In this document: piece by piece, positions 8,861 to 18,322 of the stretch | How the letters are laid out: each line of letters starts with the position of its first letter | Numbering within the stretch: the first letter of the stretch is position 1 | Assembly: GCA_964471255.1 (NCBI GenBank) | Contig: CAYYFB010000002.1 | Coordinates: 106,283 to 170,282 of the forward strand | Length of the DNA stretch: 64,000 bases | Direction of reading: 5' to 3' | DNA from: Candidatus Woesearchaeota archaeon | GTDB lineage: Archaea > Nanobdellota > Nanobdellia > CAYMVK01 > CAYYFB01 | The notes under the pieces: model-generated | The model's input: only the letters and a program-made list of their open reading frames with translations | The model's database searches: none | What the model was told of the DNA's origin: nothing | Program-made: the position numbers and the translations under genes

Positions 8861-9276
8861 TATTTATCCTATTTATTTTTTCCTTAAACTCCTCCCATCT
8901 CTTATGCTCTTCTTCTGGACTTGCTTCTGCACTTTTGGGTTTTCCCTTTATTTTTAGCCAGCACACCCCATAAATGTCATACATATGTGGTTCTTTCCGG
9001 TAATCTGGAGGGACATTGATATTGTGTTAACCAATCAATTTTCTCCTTCGTTCTTAATGCTTTTTAAATCCTCTTTTTTCGAGCCCAAACATATATTTCC
9101 CAAAAGAAAGCCATTTATGGCTCCCTTATCCAATATATTCTCCTTTTTGTTATGATAAAATAGAAGCGCACTCCCTCTTTTTCAAATTCCTTAGCTATTT
9201 GCTCTATATAAGCTATATTTGTTCCTTTTACTTTATTAGTTCTTAGGACAAATATTTCTGTGTTCTTACCTTCCAT
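8847..9276 (-). pseudogene. Decayed second copy of the end of the cassette (tail of the giant protein plus N- and C-terminal pieces of the 261-aa gene)
   Basis: My translations follow.
- 9276..9115 gives MEGKNTEIFVLRTNKVKGTNIAYIEQIAKEFEKEGVRFYFIITKRRIYWIREP*. It aligns to the last 52 aa of ORF 10083..13517 (MKENDIRYYILRTDRPQEVPLDKIKQLANKFEQENIGFYFVITRRKLWPRKM).
- 9114..9064 gives MAFFWEIYVWARKKRI*, versus MGIYWRVTVWAKDPQDI at the start of ORF 9292..10077.
- 9023..8847 gives NINVPPDYRKEPHMYDIYG...KRWEEFKEKI, versus NINVPPDYWKYPNFYDIYG...NFWKEFERKV at its end. Confidence 0.65.
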
Positions 9277-9291
9277 TTCTTAAGCTATAGT

Positions 9292-10077
9292 TTAGTCAAT
9301 TGAAATTTCTTTTACTTTTCTTTCAAATTCTTTCCAGAAATTATCTGCTTCATCATCAGACATACTCCACCCTGATATTTCCTCTTCTCCATAAATATCA
9401 TAGAAGTTTGGATATTTCCAGTAGTCTGGAGGGACATTGATATTGTATTTTTTATGAAAATTCTTTACTTCTTTTGGGAACTTTTCAACAAGAACTCTAT
9501 TAACTTCGCCAGGAACAATAGATCCGATAACTCTTTTTTCCCTGACATCTTTATATCCTAGAGGATTCCAATATATCAAAAATCTTTTTCGCTTGATTGC
9601 TGGCCAGGGTATTTTCAAAGGTTCTTTGCTCAGTATAAAAAGGGTCCCAGCACAGACCTTAAATGTCTCAAAATATGCTTCCATGAACCTAACTATTTGG
9701 CTGTAATCTGGAGCGGGAATTGGGAGAGATTTATCACTTCCATCAGCAATAATTCCTTTTTCAGTAAAGTAAATCCACCAAGCCAATGGAAATGCAGGAA
9801 AATCCCCTCTATCAGCAGTTAAAGTAACTAAAGCGCTTGATCTCGATGCTCTTACTAGACTGTACATTATTGTCGTTACTATATGTTCTTTGGTCCTTCC
9901 AGGTTTTAGACCTGGAGGAGTTATGTCCCCACCCTTTGCCATAACTGGCTTTCCATTTCTTGTCCGTATCTTCCAATATTGTGTTCTTAGATAGTGGCTT
10001 CTCTTACCTACTTTGAATATCCGCTGTATATCTTGAGGATCCTTAGCCCAAACCGTCACCCGCCAGTATATTCCCAT
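9292..10077 (-). CDS. Hypothetical protein, partner gene of the giant surface protein
   Basis: 261-aa ORF starting 5 nt after the stop of ORF 10083..13517. No recognisable domain. A decayed paralog lies immediately downstream. Confidence 0.6.
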   Translation of the reverse strand: MGIYWRVTVWAKDPQDIQRIFKVGKRSHYLRTQYWKIRTRNGKPVMAKGGDITPPGLKPGRTKEHIVTTIMYSLVRASRSSALVTLTADRGDFPAFPLAWWIYFTEKGIIADGSDKSLPIPAPDYSQIVRFMEAYFETFKVCAGTLFILSKEPLKIPWPAIKRKRFLIYWNPLGYKDVREKRVIGSIVPGEVNRVLVEKFPKEVKNFHKKYNINVPPDYWKYPNFYDIYGEEEISGWSMSDDEADNFWKEFERKVKEISID

Positions 10078-10082
10078 TTATC

Positions 10083-13000
10083 TCACATTTTCCTAGGCCA
10101 TAATTTTCTTCTGGTTATTACAAAGTAGAACCCAATGTTTTCTTGTTCGAATTTATTAGCAAGTTGTTTTATTTTATCCAAAGGTACCTCTTGTGGCCTA
10201 TCCGTCCTTAAGATGTAATACCTTATATCATTCTCCTTCATAAAAGCAATAATCCTATCTACCTTAGTTTCCCCATTTTCCCCCAAAAGCTCGGATAATT
10301 TATCTAATACAAAGGTCCTTGTATTTTCTATTAGGACCCTTCCTTCACTCGTTTCCAAAACCTCATCTACTTCTATCCTATAATCCTTTAATTCATGTCC
10401 CACATATAGCCAATCTGTTATTTCAAATTCTTTTGGAGATCTTGTCGTATATCTTATTTCATCCAAGTCGCAAACCTTCCCAATCTTTAAGTCCTGCAAG
10501 AGATTCTTAAACTCGTATTGGGTTTGTTCTCTTCTCATAAACTCGGTAAAGAATCTTTTATGCCCTATCTTCTCGATTCTGTTCATAATTAAGATCCAAA
10601 TATCCAAAGACTCCGCTCCAGTTTTCTGCATTGCTTTGTAAAACTCAGATACCCTTTTTGGATTGTAAGCAAATATTCCTAGCCATTCTGGCTTAGCCTT
10701 AATTAGCCTAATAGCAAATTCTAGCTCTTCTGGAGCGAGCCCTTCAAATGCTTTTATTACATCAACTTCTCTTAATGTCTTAACAACTTTCTCATTCTTT
10801 ACTGCCTTATAAACCACATTAACGTCTTTTATCTTCTTAGTAAGGTAATCTGCCTTCTCTTTTCCTAATAATTTTCTTATCTCTAAGTACTTGCTCCAGA
10901 AGTCTATTTCAATTGTTGTCGTTATGACATTGGCTACATCCAAAACAAAGTATGGAAGCTCTTCCTCAAGTAAGAATGGATTTTTTGTGTTTGCTAATCT
11001 TAGGCCTCTCCAGGTTGCTGAAGCTGCAGTTGTAATTCCACAGGCTGTTAAAGCTGGAGTGGCCGCTCCAGAACTTGCTAAGGTTGCTGCTAGAGCTGCT
11101 CCACATGCCACTCCAGAAGCTAAATCAAGACCAGCTTGTATGTTTCTTGATTCTCTTTCAAATTTATTCCTTGACTCATAAATTCCAGTATATAAATTCC
11201 CTACTATTTCCCTTAGCCTAAATAGGCTTCCCAGTAATCTTTCCTCTTCCAATTTTTCAATATAATCCCTAATTGATTGGGTCCTTGCTTCTGATTCTAA
11301 GATTCCTTTTTCAAACATCTCAATTAAGTCCCCATTTATGTTTTCAGATTTTCGCTTCTTTAGCCAGGAATATAGAGCTCTTACTCCTGGAATCCATTTT
11401 ATGGCGCTCCAGACTGGAACCTCTTTTTGAATATAAGAATCTATATCTTTTCTGACCCGCTCCAGATAATCAAGAACATCCTTAAATCTCTCCCTTCCCG
11501 CTCCAGTAAGAATTGGCAAATAATAATTAGAATCCTTATCTTTTACCTCTAATATCTCCCCGTACTTGTCTTTGTATGCTTTTCTAATGTATCTTTTTAT
11601 TTCTCTTCTAACTTCCTCTATTATTCTAAGAGTTCTTCTATCCAGAATTCCCTTCCTTAAGCCTACTAATCCAAATTTTGCATAGCTTGAAAGTAGCGCT
11701 CCAGAATCATAGAGAGCCAATGCATTCCTTATTTCATTCTCATTAAAACTAGCTAGCTTATCTAGTAGTCCAAATTTATATAAAAAGGAAATGAAATCTT
11801 TCCTTCCAGTTAGATTAAAGATTCTAATTGCTATTTTGTAATACTTCTTTGGAACCAGTTGATAGATTTGATATAAGGCTTTCAAATCATAGCTATCTAG
11901 GTTATTCTTTAAAACATATTCAGCAAAATCCTTATCCTCAACCTTTCTAAGGACATAGATTGCCCTTTTTCCATATTTCTGGACTAGTTTATCTACAAAC
12001 TCTCTTCCAAATTTTGCATAGAGGTCCTGGTATTCAAATTCGGTATACTCAAATGGAAATATTTTCGTCCTAAATGAATTAAACAACTCTGTCACTCCTT
12101 TTCCAAACCTTTTAAAGATCTCTAATAGAGAAACCCTCTTCTTAATCCTATTGGCATATTTTATTCCCAAATCGGTTAGTTCGACCTCATTTCCTCTTAT
12201 TTTAACTAAGTTCCCTCTCCAGAAATCCCTTCCTGCTCTTATCCCAGTAGTTAAAATTATCCTTCTTAAGTAATTGCTAAGTAAAAAGGCGAGGTAAGCT
12301 GATGCAAATAAAGAGGTTGAAACAAGAATTGCTTTTCTGCTTGCTAATTTGATCCTTACAAATGCTCCAGAATATTTCCTTTTTGATCCCTCCTTTGGTT
12401 TTAATGGATAGTCAAAAGATAAGGGAGTAATATTTCCATAGGTCAAAATTGTTTTTCCATATTCATTTTCCGCTGTTATTTTCAGAACTCCAAATCCTTT
12501 TAGGAATATTTCATTATCCTTTACTTCCTTCTCCTTTCCATTAAAAGAAATATAAACTCTTTTTGCATATTTTGTTTTAAATTTTAAGAGAAAGCCATCG
12601 GATGGAGCTTGGAAGAATAGCCCACATTTACCATTAAAACAAACTTTAATGTCATAAACAATTGGCTTTGAATATACATTAACTCTAATCTTTTTTTCAG
12701 AAAAATCATAGGATGGATCATCTGAAAGATCCCAAACCCTTACAGTCAGTTCTTTTAAACCTAAATCGAAAACATCATTTACACAAACCTTTTTATGATT
12801 TGAATTTATTACTCCAGAAAATAATTCCCGATTGTCTAAATAGACTTCCAATTTTGCTTTATATGGGCTTTCTAAGTTCTTTACTCTCACATCAAAACAA
12901 TCTCCTGGCTTTATTTCGTTTAGATTAAGCATTATTTCTGGTTTTTCATCGCATATGGTCCTAGTATCACAAACAATCCGCTCATCGCAAACCTCCTTAT

Positions 13001-13517
13001 ATTTATCAATGCATACTTTCTCCGTAGTCTTTTCAGCGCATGGATCCCAAACCTGATCATATTTTATGCATCCGTATTCAACGCATCTATGACAGGTATC
13101 GCATTTGGTCCGGTAACAGGTATCGCAAACTAATTTTTCTCTATAATCAGCACAATACCAGTGTATACTGCAAACTTTTACACTAAAAGGCCACCAGCAA
13201 TCCCATCCTAATCCAAATTTGCATTTGCAATCGAAATAGTAATCCCAATCTATGCATTCACTTGTCCTAATCCATCGGCAATTACAAGAATAAGAAACTC
13301 TCCTGCAGTTGCAAGGATAAGATTCCTTGTGCTTGCATCCATATTTCTCACATATGGTTACATAATCTCCATGGCAAACTTCTTCAAGATGACAATCTGT
13401 TCCTATGTAAACTTTATGGCAATTGGATTTTACTCTATGGCAATTGTAGCTCTCCTGCCAGCAATGGGAAAAAATTAAAGGAAATATGAAAAACAAAAGG
13501 AAAACAAGCTTTCTCAT
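10083..13517 (-). CDS. Giant (1144 aa) multidomain membrane/surface protein with a Cys-rich N-terminal region
   Basis: The ORF reads, in order:
- signal-like N-terminus MRKLVFLLFFIFPLIFS;
- about 170 aa with roughly 35 Cys (NCHRV, NCHKV, DCHLE, CDTCYRTKCDTCHRC...);
- beta-rich repeats;
- a TM helix (AILVSTSLFASAYLAFLLSNYL);
- a long helical region;
- an Ala/Gly/Thr-rich hydrophobic segment (GLDLASGVACGAALAATLASSGAATPALTACGITTAASA);
- a C-terminal globular domain. Confidence 0.8.
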   Translation of the reverse strand: MRKLVFLLFFIFPLIFSHCWQESYNCHRVKSNCHKVYIGTDCHLEEVCHGDYVTICEKYGCKHKESYPCNCRRVSYSCNCRWIRTSECIDWDYYFDCKCKFGLGWDCWWPFSVKVCSIHWYCADYREKLVCDTCYRTKCDTCHRCVEYGCIKYDQVWDPCAEKTTEKVCIDKYKEVCDERIVCDTRTICDEKPEIMLNLNEIKPGDCFDVRVKNLESPYKAKLEVYLDNRELFSGVINSNHKKVCVNDVFDLGLKELTVRVWDLSDDPSYDFSEKKIRVNVYSKPIVYDIKVCFNGKCGLFFQAPSDGFLLKFKTKYAKRVYISFNGKEKEVKDNEIFLKGFGVLKITAENEYGKTILTYGNITPLSFDYPLKPKEGSKRKYSGAFVRIKLASRKAILVSTSLFASAYLAFLLSNYLRRIILTTGIRAGRDFWRGNLVKIRGNEVELTDLGIKYANRIKKRVSLLEIFKRFGKGVTELFNSFRTKIFPFEYTEFEYQDLYAKFGREFVDKLVQKYGKRAIYVLRKVEDKDFAEYVLKNNLDSYDLKALYQIYQLVPKKYYKIAIRIFNLTGRKDFISFLYKFGLLDKLASFNENEIRNALALYDSGALLSSYAKFGLVGLRKGILDRRTLRIIEEVRREIKRYIRKAYKDKYGEILEVKDKDSNYYLPILTGAGRERFKDVLDYLERVRKDIDSYIQKEVPVWSAIKWIPGVRALYSWLKKRKSENINGDLIEMFEKGILESEARTQSIRDYIEKLEEERLLGSLFRLREIVGNLYTGIYESRNKFERESRNIQAGLDLASGVACGAALAATLASSGAATPALTACGITTAASATWRGLRLANTKNPFLLEEELPYFVLDVANVITTTIEIDFWSKYLEIRKLLGKEKADYLTKKIKDVNVVYKAVKNEKVVKTLREVDVIKAFEGLAPEELEFAIRLIKAKPEWLGIFAYNPKRVSEFYKAMQKTGAESLDIWILIMNRIEKIGHKRFFTEFMRREQTQYEFKNLLQDLKIGKVCDLDEIRYTTRSPKEFEITDWLYVGHELKDYRIEVDEVLETSEGRVLIENTRTFVLDKLSELLGENGETKVDRIIAFMKENDIRYYILRTDRPQEVPLDKIKQLANKFEQENIGFYFVITRRKLWPRKM

Positions 13518-13643
13518 AATTCATCTTCCTACTCTCTAGAAAAAAATTTATCTTTGATTAGAAAAGTTGAGGTAGTTAGAAATTTTCTATTTTTCCAATA
13601 AAATTCGAGGGATCTTTAGACAAGGGGGAATAACTATTAATCA

Positions 13644-14459
13644 TTGGGCAATAGTAATAAGTACATGGATTATGAAGTTACATTAGATAAGGAGATCCTT
13701 TCTCAAAACAAAATAGCGCTTGCTAGAGCAATTACTCTTACTTTGGAAGATGAAGGGTTCAGGCAAAAAGTTTGTGAACTTTGTTTACCCTATTCCTCCA
13801 GAGCTTTAAGGATAGGAATAGCAGGGCCTCCTGGAGCGGGAAAGAGTAGCTTAATTAGGGAACTAATAGGGTACTTTCTAGAAAAAGAAAAAAAGGTTGC
13901 AGTATTAAGCAATGATCCTGTGGATAAGCGAACAGGAGGTGCATTTTTGGCTGACAGATTAGAATACCAGCAGTATACTTCTCATAAGAGATTTTATGCA
14001 AGGAGCATTGCAACTAATGAAGAATATGACATCCATCCAGTAACTCCCTCCATAATGGCTTTGTGCGCTTATGCTGGTTATGATGTAATCATAGTAGAGA
14101 GCACTGGATTGGGGCAGAGGTCACTTACTTTACCTGAGTACTGCAATATTTTCATTTGGGTAACTACCCCCTTCTTTGGAGGTCCTATGCAAGTAATTAA
14201 GACTGATTGGCAGCTTAAACCTGCGGACATAATTGTTATAACAAGGGGAGATATTTTATTCGAGCTTTGTAATTATGCTGCTGCAGTAATAGAAAGAACT
14301 TTAGCAGAGATAAAGGCAGATAAAAAAGCAGAGGTAAAAGTAGATGTAAATAATGTAAAAATTGTATCAGTAGGTTTAAGAGATAGGAAGAATCTTGATG
14401 AATTCTTTAGTATCTTGGAGGAAGTAATAAAGAAAAAATTTCCAGGATTCTACAGGTAA
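13644..14459 (+). CDS. G3E-family P-loop GTPase, MeaB/ArgK-like
   Basis: GIAGPPGAGKSSLI (Walker A), LSNDPVDKRTGGAFLADR, VIIVESTGLGQ. Order and spacing are as in MeaB/ArgK. The start codon is non-ATG in the track. Confidence 0.7.
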   Translation: MGNSNKYMDYEVTLDKEILSQNKIALARAITLTLEDEGFRQKVCELCLPYSSRALRIGIAGPPGAGKSSLIRELIGYFLEKEKKVAVLSNDPVDKRTGGAFLADRLEYQQYTSHKRFYARSIATNEEYDIHPVTPSIMALCAYAGYDVIIVESTGLGQRSLTLPEYCNIFIWVTTPFFGGPMQVIKTDWQLKPADIIVITRGDILFELCNYAAAVIERTLAEIKADKKAEVKVDVNNVKIVSVGLRDRKNLDEFFSILEEVIKKKFPGFYR

Positions 14460-14490
14460 GTAATATATTTTGCTTAGCTGTTTATAAACT

Positions 14491-14868
14491 GTGAAAAAGA
14501 AAATAAGAATACTCATCCATGCAAATGAAAATGAGTTTCTGAAAATAAAAGAAGAATTGAATAAACTGTTCAAAAATAAAGACTATGAAGTTATTTTTGA
14601 GAAGGATTTTATAGAAGATTTTGAGCACTTAAAGAAAAAATATAAGGAAATAAAAATAAGTTCTGGGGCGGAAGCAAAGAAATTGCTAGCACCAGACATA
14701 ATACTTGAATGTGTAATGTATGATCCAAAGCAAAATTGCCTAGTTATATCACCAAAAAGGGCATTGAAATACAAAATAACATCTATAAAGATAGCTCAAG
14801 ACAGTTTTGGGTCAAAAACAATCCTTCAATTTAGGCTTGATTATAATATTAAGAAAATAAAGGCTTAA
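14491..14868 (+). CDS. Hypothetical protein
   Basis: 125-aa ORF with a GTG start and no recognisable motif. Confidence 0.4.
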   Translation: MKKKIRILIHANENEFLKIKEELNKLFKNKDYEVIFEKDFIEDFEHLKKKYKEIKISSGAEAKKLLAPDIILECVMYDPKQNCLVISPKRALKYKITSIKIAQDSFGSKTILQFRLDYNIKKIKA

Positions 14869-14882
14869 TGAAATGAAATTAA

Positions 14883-15836
14883 GTGGAAGGTAAGTACCCC
14901 GAGGTGGCAAAAAAAGATATTGGAACCTTTCTTGGAGAGATTTCCAAAATATTAATAGGATATAAAGGCTATAGAGAAGAGATCCCGAATTCAGAATTAC
15001 TAGGCATAGTTAACAAATTTTATTCAATATTTTCAGAGAAAAGGAAAGAAATAGAAAAAGTATTAGGAGTAAAAATTCAGGAGTCAAGATTAGAATTATA
15101 TCTTTCTCCTTTTGAACTATTTAGAGATAGTATTGGAATTGAATTTGTAGAAGAGGGGGAAACGATTGCAAGAAGATTAGTTGATATTCTGGAGCAGGCT
15201 TATAGGAGGGAAGAAGAATTTAATCCAGCCCTAGTAAAAGTGGAATTTGGTCCTGAGGACTTAATTTTTCTCTTTATATTTAGTGAAATCTGGACAAGCG
15301 TTCTAGCCGCTTGTGGATCAAGCTATCCTGGCGGAAAAGTAATTGTTTCTCCCATTTATATGTTATTCCTCTGTAAAAAGGGAGGAATAGACCTTGAGAA
15401 ATGCGTTGAGAGGGAAATTGCAAACTTACTGTTATTCCAAGTCTTCAGCAATCTCCTTGAGGTGATATTGGAGCTTGGAAGGAAAGCCCAGAGAATTTAT
15501 TTTCAAACTGGGGAATATGGATTAGGTCCTTGGAAAAGTGATATCTTGCTCGAGGCCCTTGTTGAATATTCATTCTTTGCGAGAGTTACTAATTCTATCA
15601 TAAATGCCTTTTCATATGTATTGGGATATCGGGATAACCTGGAGGGGCCTATCGAAAACGCTATTTATGACCTATGGAAGAGGGAAGGAAAGACAATAAT
15701 TGACGAATTAAGGCGAATACATAGCTTTGTAGATCTTATAAAGTTCCTTAACAGAAAAAGAGTAGAATTCTCAACAGAATATGAGTTTATAAGAAAAAAG
15801 TATCAAAGAGTTATTACAATGACGAAGGTGGCCTAA
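14883..15836 (+). CDS. Hypothetical protein
   Basis: 317-aa ORF with no recognisable motif. Confidence 0.5.
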   Translation: MEGKYPEVAKKDIGTFLGEISKILIGYKGYREEIPNSELLGIVNKFYSIFSEKRKEIEKVLGVKIQESRLELYLSPFELFRDSIGIEFVEEGETIARRLVDILEQAYRREEEFNPALVKVEFGPEDLIFLFIFSEIWTSVLAACGSSYPGGKVIVSPIYMLFLCKKGGIDLEKCVEREIANLLLFQVFSNLLEVILELGRKAQRIYFQTGEYGLGPWKSDILLEALVEYSFFARVTNSIINAFSYVLGYRDNLEGPIENAIYDLWKREGKTIIDELRRIHSFVDLIKFLNRKRVEFSTEYEFIRKKYQRVITMTKVA

Positions 15837-15840
15837 ACTA

Positions 15841-15914
15841 TGCCCCCGAGGGGATTTGAACCCCCGACCTTCCGGTCCGAAGCCGGACGCTCTTCCAGGC
15901 TGAGCTACGGGGGC
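15841..15914 (-). tRNA. tRNA-Arg (TCG)
   Basis: The reverse complement reads GCCCCCG TA GCTCAGCCTGGAAGAGC G TCCGG CTTCGGA CCGGA AGGTC GGGGGTTCAAATCCCCT CGGGGGC A. Confidence 0.9.
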
Positions 15915-15938
15915 ATAAATAAAATAAAAAAATAACTA

Positions 15939-16544
15939 CTATCTCTTCCTTTCCTCAAGCAAGAATGAAAGCAGTAGAGTTGCTGTGCTTAAGTCCGCAT
16001 TGCTTCCCTCATATATTTTCTTTAACTCCTTTTCTGTTAGGAATTTAGGTAATTCTTCCATATTTGCTTTTAATATTTCCTTGAACTCATCAAATGAAGG
16101 TTTTTTCAATTCATAGGTTTCATCAAATTTAAATTCCTTAGATATTTTTTCATAGTTTTCCTTATTTATAGCACAGATTACCGCTTTTGTCTTTTCCATC
16201 AATTCCCTAATCCTTAAATCATCAATAGAGATCTCAGACTCAAGAACTAAATCCAAATCATCTATTAGAACTACATCCAAATCCTTAGCTTCATTAATAG
16301 CCTTAAGTATTTGAGTAATTGTTGGAATTATTCTCTTAGTCTTCTTCCCTTCTTTAGCTAATTTCTCCTCTATTATCCTTAATAGAGTTGTTTTTCCTGC
16401 CCCCTTTTCTCCCAGTATCAATATTTTCTTTTTTCCCTTCTTAATAGAGCTAATAATATTATCTACTACCCCTCCAAACCTTTTTGTAAGCTTAATCTTA
16501 TAAGTTTCTTCAAAAGAAAGTGGATGAACCCTCATGTTTCTCAT
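15939..16544 (-). CDS. Small P-loop ATPase of unknown function
   Basis: Walker A ILILGEKGAGKTTLL and Walker B-like VVLIDDLD. Confidence 0.55.
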   Translation of the reverse strand: MRNMRVHPLSFEETYKIKLTKRFGGVVDNIISSIKKGKKKILILGEKGAGKTTLLRIIEEKLAKEGKKTKRIIPTITQILKAINEAKDLDVVLIDDLDLVLESEISIDDLRIRELMEKTKAVICAINKENYEKISKEFKFDETYELKKPSFDEFKEILKANMEELPKFLTEKELKKIYEGSNADLSTATLLLSFLLEERKR

Positions 16545-16562
16545 TTGAGTTCCAGATAATAT

Positions 16563-17321
16563 ATGCTTTGGTTAGTAGGATTACCACCCTCCTTAGACCT
16601 TATCCCTCCAAAAGTTGTTAGGGTTTGTAGAAAGGCTAGTCGAGTCCTTCTGGAGCGATATACAAACTATCCGTGGATTAAGACTGAAGAGCTTTCAAAT
16701 CTTTTTAAAAGGGAAATTGAGGAAGTAAGCAGGGAATATTTAGAAAACAAATCTGAAGCCATAGTAAAATCTGCAAAAGCTGAAAATATTGTTATTCTTT
16801 CATTTGGAAATCCCTTAGTAGCTACTACTCATTATTCCCTGATTCTAGAGTGCCAAAGGAGCAAAATAAAATTTGATATTATCCATTCTCCATCAATTTT
16901 TGATTTCGTACTAGAAACTGGCCTTCATTTCTATAAATTTGGAATTACCGTATCGATTCCATTTAGAGAAAAGGTTGCTTTACCATTTTCTGTTTATGAA
17001 AAAGTAAAAAAGAATCTCAAAGCTGGAGCGCATACCTTAATTTTGCTTGATGCCTCTCCAGAAGAGGGGAGATATATGAGCATAAAAGAGGCATTGAATA
17101 TCTTGCTGGAGCTGGAGCAAAGAATTAAAGAAGGTTTGTTTTCCGAGGAAAAAAGGCTTCTAGCCTGCTCCAGACTTGGAACTCCAGAGAGAAAAATTGT
17201 ATATGGTGAAATAAAAAAACTAATGGAAATTGATATAGGTCCTCCCCCTTACTGCTTAGTATATCCAGCAAGCCTTCATTTCACAGAGAAGGAGGCCCTC
17301 CAGAAATTTGAAATTATTTAA
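16563..17321 (+). CDS. dphB: Diphthine synthase (tetrapyrrole-methylase fold)
   Basis: LWLVGLPP..., SFGNPLVATTH, TLILLD, PPYCLVYPASLHFTEKEAL. Length (about 250 aa) and motifs match archaeal Dph5. Confidence 0.85.
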   Translation: MLWLVGLPPSLDLIPPKVVRVCRKASRVLLERYTNYPWIKTEELSNLFKREIEEVSREYLENKSEAIVKSAKAENIVILSFGNPLVATTHYSLILECQRSKIKFDIIHSPSIFDFVLETGLHFYKFGITVSIPFREKVALPFSVYEKVKKNLKAGAHTLILLDASPEEGRYMSIKEALNILLELEQRIKEGLFSEEKRLLACSRLGTPERKIVYGEIKKLMEIDIGPPPYCLVYPASLHFTEKEALQKFEII

Positions 17322-18322
17322 AAATAGGGATTATTTACTAATATTTCCCCCTTTTCCTTATCAACCTTGAATTTAACATTTAGCATTTTCTCACATACCC
17401 AAATGTTTGTTAAGGTATGCTGGGTTATTCTTGAAGTTATAAATTTCCCACCATAAAGGGCAATCCATAGGACTAGGTGATCAGCTAAATATGGGTCTAC
17501 TGGAGCGGCCAGAAAATCTTTTAATTCTTTTGCACATTTTCTACCTATCTCCTCCGCAGGAACTCCTTTTTCTCCTAATCTATCATTTCCAATTATTGTA
17601 GAATTAGAGACATAAACAAGAACAATTCCACATCCTGTGGAAAAGGTTTTTGAATAGTCATGCTCGGTTTTACTTAATTCTAAAATTTCTCCCGCTCCAG
17701 CTATCATTCGCTCACAGACCCTTCTCTTTCTTAAATTTTCAGATGCATTCGTATAGCCCTCGAATTTCCCTTCTCCCACTTCTGTTAGATTAAATTTTCC
17801 TTCAAAGTTTCTCCCATCAATATTTACCTTAACAATCCCCCCTCCCCTAGGATAATATCCTCTTCTTTCTACATTACAAATTATCTCCGCTCCAGCTCTG
17901 CAGAGATGCTCAAAATATACTTTTCTATAATAATCAATTAGGGGGCTATGGGTTACATCAGTCCCCCCTACTATTTTTAATCTAAAAGGCGCTCCAGTTG
18001 TTAGGCAAATAGGAACTAGGGTCTGGAGCAGCAAAGATATGGACCCTGCAGTTCCTATATCGAAGAAATAATTACCAGCTTTCGGCTCTCCAGGATAAAA
18101 CTCTATTTCCAGTGATCCAACTCGCGCTCCAGAACACCTCCCATTTACTATTTGCTTCGCTGAAAGTATTCCAGTCAAATGCTGAGGTCTAAGCCCAGGA
18201 TTGCTTCTTTTTTTCCTTATATTAAAGACCCTTATCGGCTCTCCAGTAACACAGGAAAGGGCTATTGCTGTCCTAAGAATTTGTCCTCCTCCCTCACCGT
18301 AAGATCCATCTATCTCGATCAT
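17318..18322 (-). CDS. rtcA: RNA 3'-terminal phosphate cyclase
   Basis: IEIDGSYGEGGGQILRTAIALS at the N-terminus, GGTDVTHSP, and length 334 aa. Confidence 0.9.
   Translation of the reverse strand: MIEIDGSYGEGGGQILRTAIALSCVTGEPIRVFNIRKKRSNPGLRPQHLTGILSAKQIVNGRCSGARVGSLEIEFYPGEPKAGNYFFDIGTAGSISLLLQTLVPICLTTGAPFRLKIVGGTDVTHSPLIDYYRKVYFEHLCRAGAEIICNVERRGYYPRGGGIVKVNIDGRNFEGKFNLTEVGEGKFEGYTNASENLRKRRVCERMIAGAGEILELSKTEHDYSKTFSTGCGIVLVYVSNSTIIGNDRLGEKGVPAEEIGRKCAKELKDFLAAPVDPYLADHLVLWIALYGGKFITSRITQHTLTNIWVCEKMLNVKFKVDKEKGEILVNNPYF

Noticed and set aside
13040-13110. A CxxCH (CDTCH) heme-c binding motif in the Cys-rich domain of the giant protein, which might suggest a multiheme cytochrome.
   Set aside because: There is only one CxxCH among about 35 cysteines. 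The neighbouring repeats are CxxCY or single Cys-His pairs. No cytochrome maturation genes are nearby. It is most likely coincidental.
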